Source of the DNA: Paraspadella gotoi
Lineage: Eukaryota; Animalia; Chaetognatha
Direction: 5' to 3'
DNA: 64,000 bases
NCBI GenBank assembly: GCA_051294375.1
Contig: CM119267.1
Location: 22,755,486 to 22,819,485 of the forward strand
In this document: positions 1 to 26,900 of the stretch, piece by piece
Position numbering within the stretch: position 1 is the first letter of the stretch
Layout of the letters: every line of letters starts with the position of its first letter
The notes under the pieces: generated by a model
The model's database searches: none
The model's input: the letters and a program-made list of their open reading frames with translations, nothing else
Told to the model about the DNA's origin: nothing
Made by a program: the position numbers and the translations under genes

Positions 1-339
1 CTATTACGGTATTCAACGCATAACAATAAAAAATTTACAGACATTAGAATTTAAACTAGTACAGAACATTTTTTTCAATAATCTCTGCACAAACAAAATT
101 GGCAAAATAACAAAGGCAGTGATAAAGCTTTATATAGCTTATATTCAAAACAGTGGTTAACAAAAATTTAGCACCATATTTGTTTACTTGTTGAGAGCAA
201 AGTTGGAATAAAACAAAATGTACAATAGAAGATGGCCTCTTAGCATACACATTTACAATAATCGCATTGTAATAAATGAGAGACTGGTGATAGAATATTT
301 AAAACCTCTCATGGCAAGACGAAGATCTAATGCTACTTT

Positions 340-12585
<12,246 letters not shown>

Positions 12586-13700
12586 CTGTGAGGGGTTAGA
12601 TGGGGGGGAGCGGGGGGCCGGGGGGTGGTAAGAGAAAAGTGGTTTTTAAAAATCGATTAACCCCATTTCGACGTCAGAAAGCCCTTAATTTTGCGTTCAA
12701 AATGAATTTCAAGCGAGGAATCAATTGTTATTTGTTTAAATGTTTCAATTAATGGGATCGAGATTGTTTGCGAATCGAGGATTGTTTTTTTTTTTTTTTG
12801 GTACAAAGGATAGGCTTTTGTTTTTTTCGATCTACGTAATAGTTAGTTTTTTGTTTTTTTTGTTTTTTTTCAATTCTAAACCCAAAGCGTATTTTTTTTC
12901 GACCAATGTTATTCAACATTCGAGCTCATGCGTTTTCGGTTATTTCGAAACAAATCTTGTTTCTTCGAATCGTACTTGATTAATTAATTGATTAATTCGA
13001 ATTAACGAAAGCGGTTGTTTCTAGTTAGGAGCTTCAGCTAATTATTTATTTTTTTCAGTAAACTAAATTTCCCGTGGTTAGTAGCGCGGATTATTAATCA
13101 AAATAATACCGATGAAGTTTCTTTAAATAAGTAATCTCCTCTTTTTCTCTTCTCTTCCTCTGCTCACTCTTCTATCTCTCCTCCTCTCTCTCTCTCTCAT
13201 CGTCTCTCATCCCTCTCTCTTCTCTCTCTCTATCTCTCCTGCTCGCGTCTCAGTCTCGCTCGTCTTTCTTCTTCACTCTTCATCGGCATCGTGTACTTCC
13301 ATCCCTTGCGCTTCTCCTCCTCTCCCGGGTCATCTCTTCCTGGCTCATCTCTGCTCGCTCCTTGTCTCTCCTCGTATTCTTCTCCTCTCTCTCATCTCTC
13401 TCTCCTCTCTCTCTCTCTCTCTCTGCGCTCTCTGGCTTCTTCGCTCTCTCTCTCTCTCGTCTGCTAGTTCTCTGCTCTCTGCTCTCTCTCCCTCCTCTCT
13501 CTCTCGCTCACTCGTCCCTAATCCTTCCCCTCCCAACGACCGGGGAATCTTTCACAAGTGGCAAAATTAAATCGCGTCGACTCTTAACACATTTAAAAAA
13601 AACAACTTTAAATCCCTCTTCCAGTTAAAAGGATTCAACGTCGATGTTCTTCTGTCTAACACGAGTTCGAAAACTCTAATCGCATTAAGCGCCAAAAAAA

Positions 13701-13725
13701 NNNNNNNNNNNNNNNNNNNNNNNNN
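13701..13725. other. Assembly gap (25 N); others at 17554-17578, 30146-30170 (25 N) and 52751-52760 (10 N)
   Basis: Runs of n in the sequence. Confidence 1.
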
Positions 13726-16700
13726 TTCCGACCCTTGATTTCCGATGCCAGGAATGTTTGGCGCACCTGCCCTGGAATCAGCAGCAGCCACGAGTTGAGG
13801 AGAAAGTCAAGGCGGGGCGACTTTCTCGAGGTCCTCGCCCGACTTCTCGACCGCCAGATCGCGCGGGCAGTTGCCGTCGAATCGGGCAAGCCCTCTTGGG
13901 GCCGGGCGGGGTCTTGCTAGGCGCCAGGAGTTAGGAGGCTAGTGAGGGAGATGGAAGGCCGGGAGCGGTTCTCGGGGCAGGGGGGAAGGGCGGCGCTCCG
14001 GTACGAGAAAAGTGGTTTTAAAATCGCTATTAACCCCATTTCGTACGATCTAGACAACTCCTAATATTTTGCGTTCCAAAATGAATTTCACAGGGCGAAG
14101 GAATCAATGTTATTTGGTTTAAATGTTTCACATCTCAATGGGATCGAGATTTGTTTGCGAATCGGAGGATTCGTGTTTTCTTTTTGGGCTACGATGGCTT
14201 TTGTTTTTTTCATCTAGTTTGTTGTTTTGTTTTTTTCATGCTAAACCCGTAAATGATTCAGTATACTCTTTTTTTCGTTATCATTAACCCAGGTACTTTT
14301 TCGCCAATGTTATTAACCCAACCAATTCAGAGCTCATGCCGTTTCATCGGTTATTTTCGAAACAAATCTTTTGTTTCTTCGAATCGTACTTGATTAATTA
14401 ATTGATTAATTCGAGCATCTGAACGAAAGCAAAGGTCTGTTATCTACGTTAGGAACAGCTTCACAGCTAATTATTTATTTTTTTCAGGTAAACTAAATTC
14501 CGCTCCCCCCTCGAGTTAGTAGCGCGGATTATTGATGCAAAAATTAATAGCGATAAGTTTATAGTAAGTATCTCTCTTCTCTCTCTCTCTCTTCTCTCTC
14601 TCTCTAGTCTCTCTCTCTCATCTCTCCTCTCTCTCATCTTCTCTCCTCGTCTTCTCCCCTCTCTCTCTCTCTCTCCACTAATCCTTCCCCCAAACCGACC
14701 GGGAATATTCACATAAGCCTTGGACCACAAAATTACACATCGCGTCGACCTCTTTCACCACACACTTTACCAACAAAAACTTTAAATCCCTCTTCCATGT
14801 TAAAGGAATTCAACGCTACGAATGTTCTTCTGTCTAACACGCGAGTTTCGAAAACTCTAATCGCATTAACGCGCCAAACAAAACATGGCCGGCCGACGGA
14901 CGGACGGCACGGATGGTTAGAGATGCCGCGTCCCTTCGAAAGAGCGCCTGGACTAATTGAGGCTCTTCATAGCTTCTGTCATATAGCGACGTTTGTGTAC
15001 GGAGACCCGCAACCAATGAGTAACGCATTCACCAAAAGCATTCAAACAGTTTTTTAAAGGGTGAGGAAGAAGAGATTAGAAGTTTAAAGCGTATGAATCC
15101 ATTATCGTGAAATCAGAGCTCTGCTTTCTCTTTCCTTTGACAACATAAAGGTACCTTTCTAATACATTAGAAAGAAGTGAAAAAATAATTAGTCCTTATG
15201 TTAAATATACAAATTAGTATTTAAATTCGAAGATAAATCTGACACTTTCAAAATTGGTACACTAAAGTTTATAAAAAAGAAAAACAACTTACGACTTTTC
15301 TTGAAAAAAACATCAATCAGTTGTCTCAGATTTATAATGACATTACTATGTCATTAGATTGTCCTTTAATTTAAGAATTAAAGCTTTTAACCAGTCGTCT
15401 TCCCGCTTACTACTTAGAAAGAAAATATGTTTCCTTATCCCAGGAAAGAGATCCCACATTGGACGAGAGAGACGCGAGAGAGAGAGAGAGAGAGAAGATG
15501 GAGAGCAGAGAGGAGAAGAGAGAGAGAGAGAGAGAATGGCAAGGGAGATAGGCCAAGAATGAAGGACCTTTGAAAAAACGAGGAAACTGAACTTTTCCCC
15601 TCAAACGAGTATTTCTTTTTTCCCCTTTTTTTTTAAGTCGCGAGTTTCATCAAATTCCTCATTCAAAAAAAAAAAAACAAATTTAATTTCTAGTTTTTAT
15701 CTTAATTTTTTTGCTAGACAAACACAGAGTCGTTATTTTTTTGAAACGTTTTAAGTTTTTTTATCTTCCTTTTCGTTTTAGTTTTAGTTTTAATTTTAAT
15801 TAAACTGCCACGCTCCACCCTTAAGTCTCTTCTCTCTTCATTTTTCTGCTCTCTCTCATTCTTCTCCCTTTCTCTCCGTCTTCTCGTCTTCTCTCTCTCA
15901 TCTCATCTCTCTTTCCTCCTTCTCTCTCTCTCTCTTCTTCCCTCTCTCTCTCTCTCTCTCCCCTTCTCTCTCTCTCGTCTCTCCCTCCTCTTCTCTTCTC
16001 CTCATCTCTCTCTCTCTCTGCTCCTTCCTTCTGTGTCCCTTGCCACGTGTCTCTATGCTTCTGACCCTCTAATGTAGCAAGATCTCCATGGTCCTTTCGA
16101 AAGTCAGTTCGTTGCCACTTTCACTTTCATCCGGAAGAGAAACTTTTGAAAAGAAAAAAAAGCAGGAAAAATATAAAGACAAAAACAAGAAAAAAAGAAA
16201 GAATGTAAAGGAAATTCGAGTTTAAAAAACCCGGAGAGCGACTGCGCAGGCCGGTCGTCGCAGCCGACGCGCTGTTCTGGGCTGCGGTAGAGCCTGCGAA
16301 CCCAGAACAAGATGTGTTTTTACTCATATGTGAAGCTTACCGTTTTCTAAAAAAAAAACTCAGAAATAGAGAAAGGAAGAAAAAACATAAACGAGAGAGA
16401 TGAGAGAAGAAGAGAGAGGAGAGAGAGAGAGAGGAAGAGAGAGAGAGAGAGAGAGAGATGAGAGAGAGAGACGAGAGCCAAAAGAATCTCTAATGTAGAC
16501 GTCCACAGCAAAAGTCGTTTTTTTGATGATTTACGTGAAGTTTCTGAATCTTTCGCAAAGCTCTCCCCTTCTCTCGCCTCCTCTAGCTCTCTCTCTCTCG
16601 CCCCATTTTTCCTCAGTACAACCTTCAACCTTCACTAGAAGAGAGAAAAAAGTAAAATGCCCCGTGAAAAAAAGGGAAAAACCCCCGGAGTCTTCACCGA

Positions 16701-17163
16701 TGAAATAAATTTAAACTTGTGGAGAGCATCTGTAAGCCCAGATGTTTAAAATTGTTCATACGGGTGGGAAATAAACCTTTTTTTTAGATCTCTTCTACTC
16801 TTCGCCTCTACATTCTCCTCCTCACTTCTCCTTCTTTCTGTCTCTCATACATCTCTCGCTCCTCTCTCTCAGATCAGTCACCTCCCTCTCTCTCCTCTCC
16901 AACCAAAATTGAAAATACCCGTGTTAAATAAAATCCCCTCGCCGATCTTTGATTGAAATTTGTCATCTTTTTTTTTCTTAAAGGAATGTACCAAATCACA
17001 TGAGGTTTGTTAATCTGTGCGAAATTGTGAGGTTTTAATTTTAAAGGGTCAATTCACGTCCGCCTTCATTGTAAAAATCATGGTGAAAAACAAATTTTAC
17101 TTATAAACGGCGAGAGGAGCATAAGAGAGAGAAAAAGAGATAAAAGAAGAGATAGGAAGAAAA

Positions 17164-17217
<54 letters not shown>

Positions 17218-20129
17218 CTCCTGGAAAGGATACTGTAAAGTTGAAGTGAAAAATGAGAGAGAAAAAAGAAAGAAACAAATTAGAGAAAAAAATTGTAAAA
17301 AAAAATTTACTTTTCTTGAGAGAAGAAAATCTAAAATAAAAAAAAGGGAAAAGATTTTCTATTTATTTCATGAATTCTCTGAATCAGGAAATTCTTTGTA
17401 ACGAGATTGAAAAGACATACATTGTAAAAAAAGAGAAAATAAAAAAACAATAAGCTAAAATCGGGAAAAAAATTTTTGAAGTGAACAACAGTACTTATAG
17501 GGTAAGATAGTACTTGATCTCATCCTTCCACGCCAAATTCATCTAAACTATTCNNNNNNNNNNNNNNNNNNNNNNNNNTAAACCTATTTCTAAAAGGCTA
17601 TCGTTGCGGGTAGGTACAGTTCTGCGCAACGTCGTACATCTCTGTGGAGGCGACAGACCCGAAACCGTATTTCACCTCTGTAGTCAGGATATACGATATG
17701 TCCATATAGACTATGAACATATATAACAAATCTATACGGTCGCGATCTCTCTTCTCTCTCTCCTCCTCCTCCTCTTCTCTCTCTTTCCTCCTATCTCTGT
17801 GTGCTCTCTCTCTCTCTCTCTCTCCGGCGTGGAGAGAAGATGCCGCTAAGGTTTCTGCACTTGTTTGGTTTCGCGCGAAAAACTTAGATCTTTGGTCTTA
17901 CGGTTATGATGAGGGACGATCTCTAAACTTTCATACAGATTGCTCGATCGTCGTCGTGCGGCTCTGATCAGGACTCTGCGATCCTTCGTGACTCGGGACT
18001 CTCAGACACTCGCATCAAGGGCTCTCTCTGTGACTGCAGAGAGCAGAAGAACGTTCGAGTGGACTGACTTGAGACGCAGATGACGAGAGCAGAGAAAGAC
18101 TCTCTCTCGATTTCGTCAGTACTCCGAGTGCATACTCTGACTCGATCGCTCGCATGAGCTGCGATAATTCCTCGTCTCTCTTTCTCTCCTACTCCGCTGA
18201 AATATAACTAAGTATTTAAATGGTCGCACCCCTATACCACATTCGATAAAAAACTATTTCGGTCTCAATAACTTATTAAATTGAGAAATAAAAACGCTCT
18301 CTTAAAAAACAATAATATTAAAAACTTCTCTTTTCTTTTTGCCTTTTTCTTCCTCATACTCTCCCGATTTAGCAAGCTGGCTAACAATTTCATATGGTTA
18401 ATTATGCCTGTCGACTTTCGTTAAGCATAAGTTTCCCAACGCAACAGTGTATAGCGAGGTGAGTTTAGTTAGGCTCATTTAATTGTTTCAATATAGCGAA
18501 GGTTATCTTTAGGTCGATGTGATTTGAGCACGGACAAGTGGTTCCAACTTATAGCCGCAGGTGGTACTCGGAATTTATATAAGCCAAAAGGTGAAAATGT
18601 TTACGTAGCGAGGCGAGATCGCCTGCGAATTGATTGGCGAGTCGTCTCCTGCGGTCAATATACGTTATGTCGCTCGAGGTTCGGACGTAAGTCTCTCCGC
18701 GACGTGTAATCGGTCGATCATACATATCCGCATACCGAAAGTGACATGGTCTTTAGAGCTAAATATGGAGGATCTCATATATATATATACGCGCGCCGCT
18801 CTTCCGCGGATCTAGCGCTCAAAAGCTTCATTCCTAATAATAGCCGAGTGACATCCCATTCCATCGCTCGTTGACACGTCAATTCCCGGATTCGATTCGG
18901 TATAGCAAAAGGTGGATTCCAAGGTTTATCGTCTGTACACAGTGTTCTTACAGTGTGAATAAATTTATATACGCGAGTGTGTCAAAGTTGCAGGTGTATA
19001 GTTTTATTCTAAAGCGTCTCTCTCTTAGAAAGAAACGCGCAACTTTTAGTCCTGTTTGCTCTCGGCAACGTCCGACAGGCGCTTTAAGCCGCCGGGATGT
19101 CGCTCGCGACAAGTAGCTCTGACCTCAGCAAAGAACTGGCGCCGCACGCCAACGTCTTTCACTCAACGATCAGTCAGCCAAGCAAAGCGGTCGAGATGTT
19201 GTTTAGGGCATAGTCTTTCATTGTTGGTCTTCTCATTTGCAACTGCAGAAGAGAAGACGACGAGTGAAGAGACGAAATTAGATTGACGCGCCGCGAATAA
19301 GTTCAGCCTGCACCCAGATACGACTACGCAAGATATACACTGAACGTTCATAAGCGTAAAGAAGAGAGAGAAGACAGAGAGAAGGAAGAGAGAATGTGAC
19401 AACACTTCTTCTACCATTATTTAAATTGTAGGACGCTCATATATATTCGTAACTCTCTCATACTGCCATACCCTTTGTCTCACAGCTCCTCTATACCTTT
19501 GTTCTCTCTTCTCAGACTCTGGGAATGCAGAACCGTGTAGAAGAGCCACGACTTAGGATCACGCACATAAGCATTCATCTCTCTCTCTCTTCTCTCTGGC
19601 GCGGTGCCATACTCTCTATTCTCTTACTCTCTGCTAACTACTCACTCTCTCTCTCTGGTCTCTTCTACTCCCTCTTCTCAATCTCTCTCCATCGGAAGGC
19701 AAACGTGGCTTTAGATTCTATCTGCAAGTTTTTCTTCTCTTCTGTGCTCTCACTTCGTATCTCTTGATTTACTACAAAATCATTCTTATATTATACCTTT
19801 TGTTTCCTTTTTTAACTTTGTATATGATTCTCCGGTGCTCACCCATTCTCCCTTTTTATTTCCTTTCTATCTGCTCCTTTATCTTGCTCTCTATATTATT
19901 TTCATTCAGAGTGCTCAAATAAAGATAATTACTTCGCTTCAAGTGTTCTCCTGCGTCTCTGCTCACTCGATCCTCCCTCGCCTGCGTCCTCCATGAGACA
20001 AATGTAACCATCTCTACAATACTAACTTCTTACTTTGGCTCATGCTACAATCACTAACATATCTCTTCTCTTCCTTCGCATCTCTCTCCGTCAATCGAAA
20101 TACATGCATCTTCTCACGTGTTCGAATAA

Positions 20130-20943
20130 ATAGAACAAAAGAGGTCGATGGTTTACTTGGCGATCATGATAGGTGGAGGAGTTTTGATCGGAAGAGAAGA
20201 GGAGATTGAGGATATGAGAGTGGTGAGGAGACCTCGTGGCCGGGGATTGGTTGCCTAAAATACAGCCAGATCCACAGTATGATGATTGACTTGATCTGAC
20301 ATTCGGCACTACTGAAGGTAAAAATCAGTCGACGAGTGGATGTGGAGACGTCGAGAATGAACACGGATCAGAGGAGAGCTTCCACGAGTGATCACGTCAT
20401 GCCTCAACACGAAGTCTGATTATTGGCACCAGTCTCACGAAATTCGGGGAATTGCGGGAGCCCACGACATTGAATTCGCAAAAATCAATGACAAGCAATC
20501 AACATTCCAGCAAATTGGCGTTGAGTTTGATTCGCCATCACTCGTAATTTGAATTGGATCTCGCCTCGAGGGCAACCGAGCATCTGACCCTTCGGACTCT
20601 GTCTCGTTCTCCTTGGCAATTGGCCTCAGTGTATAAAGATCAGGTGAGATGATATGCGGCTCAGACTGAAAGGAAACGGAGTAGATTAATCATTTGGGCC
20701 GCGCAGACTGACGGAGAGGAGACATAATTCAAATTCGCCACCTACAGTCATAGTCAAAGAGTAGAATACACAAGAATAGAAATTAAATGAGAAGATTTCT
20801 CAAAGCAAAAATGGCTACAAGAACGGTGGATGGATTGTTGAAAGAAAAAGCTCAAACTTGAAAGGAAAAATGATTGAAAGGAAAAATGGGTTGAATAGAC
20901 GATTTCTTAAACTTGAAGAGCGAAGAGAGTTCAAAGTTAAAAG

Positions 20944-21021
<78 letters not shown>

Positions 21022-21450
21022 GTCAAAATAAGACAAGAGTCATGGTTACTTGGCGTCATAAGTGGGTTTGATCGGAAAGGGTTGGGTGGTGAGACCGGTG
21101 GGTGGTTTTAAAATACAGCGATCAAGTAAGATGATTGATTGATTGATTGATACTGAAGGTAAGAAAATCAACGAGTGGGTGTGGGTCGAGATGACCGGTC
21201 GGGACAATGGAGTTTCGCAAAAGCAAAGACAACAACAAATTCCAGAAATTGGCGTTTACGCCAACGATTAATTGGATCCGCGAGGCAGTCGACTCGTCTC
21301 TGGCAATGGCTCAGGATAAAATCAGAGATGCATTCGAGTCAGAACTGAAAGAAGAGAGATTAATTGGCGCAGACTGACGACGACATACAAGGACGGACGA
21401 CGGACAGAGAAAAAGGAGGTCTTCAAATGAGAAATTAATATCGAAATCCA
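20130..21450. repeat. Insertion-riddled copy (~20130-20830) of the adjacent cleaner sequence (~21030-21450)
   Basis: Shared anchors in the same order (tttgatcggaa, aaaatacagc, tactgaaggtaa, aaattggcgtt, cgcagactgacg); the left copy carries many extra bases. Confidence 0.75.
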
Positions 21451-23996
21451 GCTATTTTCCTTGGCTAAAAAAAAATCTCCCAAAGAAATGTTTTGACTTT
21501 TCCAGGTCAAAATCAGTCGGAACACGATTTGAACTCTTCAAGAATAAAAATGATTCACCTCTGGATTTTAAAAAGACTGTGACTGAGCGAAGCAAATGAA
21601 GTTCACCTATTGAGTAAAAACACGCGTGAATGTGGGCATCACAATCGTTTGTTAACAAGAGGACGCTCAAGACGGCAAAAATTTCTAGACACACTGAATC
21701 GTCTGTATGAAAATTACGTTTAGTAACTTAGGAAGAGAACACCGAAAAGGGAAAACATTTTACCTGAATCCGAAGATCAATATGTTTAAACCTGAGAATG
21801 AATCACATTAGGAAATTATTCTTCTCTATCCACACAGCATGTCAAGAGATCCTAAGCAAACGACGGACGCACGACTTAGTTCAATTTGTCGCAACTTCAA
21901 AGCTCAAAATTTAAAAAAAAAAACAAAATATAACAAGAAATTAATTAATATGCAAATGTACTTAATGCGATAATATCACTGTATCGTGTTGATTATAATG
22001 GTGAAACGATTTTAAAACTGTGAATGAAGAACTCGGCTTCGTTTCAACCCACGTTTAAAAGGTCGTGAATCGCTGCATCTGTCCAGACTAAATCATCAAG
22101 TCCATTTACCCCAACCCCCCAGCTTGTCAATTTGTTCCAGTGAGGTCGAGGTCCGAGTTACGTAAATCCGTCCACGTCCGTTGATCAATAAGTCGACGTC
22201 AGTCAACGGCTGTCGACCGTCGTCGTCGTCGTCGTCGTCGTGAATCTCGTTCTCAAATTCACAAACATTTTTTTCTCCGTGAAAATACGACTGTCGAAAC
22301 GCGGTATTTCGAGAATGCTGCTGCAGCATCAGTTAAGTAGGTCTTCTTTTTAGAGAACATGACAACCTAAAGTGAACATAAAATCTCCACTGAGCCTAAG
22401 GCCGACCTGAAAGGCAAAACGGAGTGACGGCTTTTCTTTTATTAGTTGTTTACATTTTGAGTTTTTGAGCTTTAAACCGAAATAATGACCAGAGTAAACT
22501 TTTTTTAAACAGAGTGAAAAAAGCGTTCCAAAATGATAGGAAAATTAGTTCTAAAAAAAATACAAACTAAAAACCCAGTTGAAGTTTAGAATTGTTAGAT
22601 TGTTGAGTTAGTCGTATTTTTAAAAAAGCATTACTGCTTCAAGCGCTTGTTAGTCTGGGTTCCGACGGCATTTTGTTTGAGGAAGAATTAAAGAATTAAT
22701 AAAATAAAATAAATGAACAAGGGGACGTATATTTTGTTTAAAAAATGCCGCCGCCGATGAAATACAGTGCACCTCTTTGTGTAAAGAAAATAAAAAAAGC
22801 GGTTGAAGTCGCGTTTGTCTAAAAGCGGAAATTAGTTGTTTTTTTTCGTATTGGCCATATACAATATGGTTGGGTTACAACGAAATGTAAATCGATAGGT
22901 ATTAAAACGTTTATTTGTTAAATTCGTTACAACCCAACTCATTCGCGCTAAAATAGTGGAAAATGTGCCCAGACTTGGGGCGGATCTGACCCACCAATCG
23001 GAAGTTTTCGCGCCCACAACACAGAAACTGTAGACACTGTTGAAACTGTCGCGACTGTTGAAGGGATTCTGAAAGACGCTCTCCGTCGCGGAGAAAGACA
23101 GGAAATATTAATAAACACGATTACATCTATTTAGGAAATAGTTTATGTTTAGAAAAACCTGTCAGTTTGACCGTGTTTTCTTCTTCTTTCTTTTTTTTTA
23201 ACAAAAAAAGTCGCGCGTCGGAAAGAAACTGAAGATGTCGCAATTTAGGCGAAGTAATATTTTTCAGTATTAACCATTTTGAAAGCTACAACTAAACAAA
23301 AGAACATCTTGTTTTGACTTTCATAACAGTCTATCTGCGGAAATATTGTCCAAAAAATTAAAGTGGACAAAATGAAGTAATTATGACGTCTACGACACAT
23401 TATTTTGCTTAAAATTGACTACACAGAGGAGTACAATAAAATATTTCTAAAAATTTACGGTAATTAGGCTCCAAATAACCTTCTTGACTTTGAGCATTTA
23501 TTCGTTTATTCTCAGAATTTATTTTCTTTTGCTGTTTTGAGTTTGGCCTCTTTTTTTTCCCTTTTTTTTTTGAAGGACATATCCCACCCAAATTTAGCCT
23601 TCACCTTTTTTGACTCACGGACGAAGAAAAACGAGAAGATATAAGGTTTAGAAAAAAGAAACAATTTTGGGTCTTCTTTGCATAAAAAAAAAAAGTTTAA
23701 CGAGAAATACTAATTAGAAAAAGAAAAGGGGAAGGAACACAACGAATCCCCAAAAAAGGAAAGAGAAAATTAATTCAAAACGTCAGAAATAAAAAGTAAA
23801 AATAAACAAAAGGCTAACGACTAAAGCGAAATTCGCTCCCAACGTTTTTTACGTTCAGTTCAAGTCTTTCAAAATATAAACAATATGTGAGATAAGAGTT
23901 TGAGCCATTTTTAGTTGCGCCGCGAGTACTCTATAAGTTACTTTTCGGTCCATCGGTCGGTCCATAGTCTATCCACTTACGTAAAAAACGCTTATA

Positions 23997-26900
23997 GATT
24001 AGATTAGATTAGATTTAGATTTTATTCAGAAAGGACGGGCCGGGGAAGGCCATGGTTCGCAGTTAAAATAATCACAGGACAAAGTTTACAATAATCACAG
24101 CATAACGAGAACAATAGTATCATCGGAAACAAGTATTACGCACCAAACAGGGTGAAAATGAATTTTTCAATCCATTTCTAAATCCGTATCCTTTTACTGT
24201 AGTCTGTAATTTAATATTTTCATAACTCTTTTCAAATACAAACAGTATCCTATATCAAAGAAAACAGAGTTAAATCTTAAGTTTTTAGAACAGAACAAAA
24301 AAAATTTTTACAAAGGAAAATTATTAGGTACTTCACTTAAAAAAATTCGAAGGGACTATGTTGCGCCTTCTGCTCGCCCTAAAATCGTTCATGTTTCAAT
24401 GTATTTAGGTGAAAGGGCGTTTTTTCAATCAAACCTCGCATTTTGCAAATGTGCCCTCTTAATTATTCTTAATCGCCAATGGTTCTAACCCATAATAATT
24501 CCAAAACTAAGAAATTTGACATTGATCTTGGTAATTAGATATACTTTTTAAAAATCTAAATTCAACTAGTCCTAATTTTATTCATTAGAGAGTTAGAAAT
24601 AGTACAAAAACAGCACATGCTATACTTCTAACAGTGAAATGAACGAATACCTTATAAAGTTCTAACATATTTACTACTCAGATATTTATATTTAAATCGT
24701 AATTTGGACAATTACTCACATCTCTGTATCATACGTTTACAGTAAATTATTAATGTGAGTATTTCCACTTGTAGTTTACTAACTCGAAGGTTAACGCGCT
24801 TAAAAAAATTGCTTCCTGAACAATCCCTCGATTTACCCCAGAATAATTCTCAAGTCCAGACTACCGAACAACGCCTCTTCGTCGTCCTTGAAAAAATAAT
24901 TAATTTTGACATTTATCGGAGCTATTTAGGCCCGCATTTACTGCACCACCTCTGGATCCGCATCATTGTCCTCTTCCATTTCAAATTACACAACTCAAGA
25001 CACTTTCTGTAACCCAGGGTTTGCCGTTATTCATCGCAAATTGACTATTCTCTACTATCTTTGCGGACCTTATTGGTGATATCGAATACATAAATAGAGA
25101 AGAGGTCCGGTGATATAATTCCTCCATTTGCGCGACAACCACAAGACATGTAGATTTTTCTCGAGTTACAATCTCCGATCTTAACTGTAACAAATCTATT
25201 GTAAGATACGAGTCCAATTAGTCGAATGAGGCTGTCTGGAAGCCCACTATCCTTCATCTTTAATAATCAAACCATTCATGCCAAACTCGTGTTTAAAGGG
25301 CATCTTCCACATCTGAAAGATTGCAACTGTTATTTCTACTTTTTGAAACCCTCTGCGTTAATATCTTCCGACAATCTAAGTCAAGTGTTCCTGAGTGGAT
25401 ATCGACCTCGACAGAACTGCTTGAATAGGGTTTTTATATTTTGAGTTCATATGCCTTCAGATTGAATCCCGGATTAAAGCGTTCTATAATTTACCAACGC
25501 AGCTCAAGAGACTAATTGGTCAAATTCCTTTCACGGAGTTTGCGTTCCCCTTTTTTGAATCATATTTATGACTGGCATTTCTCCATTTCTTAGGGAAATA
25601 GTTTTAGTTTCGAAAGCTGACTTGCATAATAACATGTAATCCCTTTTGAAAACTCCGGATTTTAGTCTTCTCAGTTGGGAATGGGTAATCCCGTCCTCCC
25701 CTTGGGGCTGAGTTTTCTTTCAGTCTTTCCCCACCACCTTCGAAAAGTTATTTCCAGTCTGGACGGGAAATAATAAGAAGATTCATCTTCGTCAGGGTTC
25801 GTTTGTACCTCTAAAAAGATCGGCCTTGATTTTTAATTTCGTCTTTAAAACTTATCGTTCGAAGTAAGGGTTTTGCTGGAAAGGCGATGAAACAATTCCA
25901 TTTTCTTTGCAAAAGCCTCACGGCCTCTCTCATTAGTCTCAATAGAATGCCAAGGTGATTACACAATTTCGGAGTAGTCGGTTGGAATCTTTCCTTTCCC
26001 CATCATCTTATTAATACAGTTCCCACTTTCTTCTTTGAATCCTTAATTAAATTTAGTTTCATGAGCCTTAATTTCGAAATATTTTTCCGTGTCTTTTTAT
26101 TAGATTTCTAACTTCTCGAATAACCTATTTAAAACTGGTTTTATACTCTCCCGAAGCACTCCATTTATATTCTGCTTCTTCTCATTTTTAAAAAAGAAAG
26201 AAATCTGCGTGTCGGATTAGTTTCTTTGTTTCATAACTTAGCTTAATTTTTCCTTTGTTTATTTCGACTTCTTCTGCTCGAATTATTATAAGCTCTCTTG
26301 ATTTCCTTATACCATAGTTCTATAAGCTTCCTCAATTTCATTCTCACTATTTTAGTAATTCTTCTCGAAATAAACGATTCGATGCGGTCTCGCTTTTATT
26401 CTCAAGTTCTTTACCAAATTTCTCCCAGTTAATCCTTTTTATTCCTCTGCTGTTCTATTTAACGGCATATTCAGGTTCATCTCCTAAACTAATGTGGTCG
26501 CTACCCACATGTTTCTCACACCTCCAACTACTAATCATATCGGAGAGAGTTAAAAAAGTCCCTATACAAAGGTCAAGGATATTTTCACTTCCGTCGAAGC
26601 CTGATATGTATTTACATTGTATCTTTATTCCCTCAAGTGTTATAGTCATTAAAGTACTTTAGAGTTTTTGCTCCGTTTGGTGTTTTTGTAATCCTTTGAG
26701 CCCCATTGCTCATTTTGGCGAGTTTAGATCTCCTATTATAAATTCTTTAAGTTCTCTCCCTTTGCTTCTTAAGATTAACAAACTTATTCAAATATCTTCT
26801 TTATTAAATTGCCCATCCTTGGTTCCTTAGTATACATTTAAAATCTTAATTTTTAGTATCACCTCTGTCAATCACCACGGCAATATATTCGATCTCCAAA

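Noticed and set aside
21452-21694. ORF with signal-peptide-like MCLEIFAVLSVLLLT
   Set aside because: Starts at GTG with no in-frame ATG through the apparent upstream exon; not supportable as coding in a eukaryote.
23997-24021. (TTAGA)n as a telomere-like repeat or telomere-targeting LINE site
   Set aside because: Only about five units, not TTAGG/TTAGGG, interstitial, and directly after the LINE's AATAAA, so it is better read as the element's tail.
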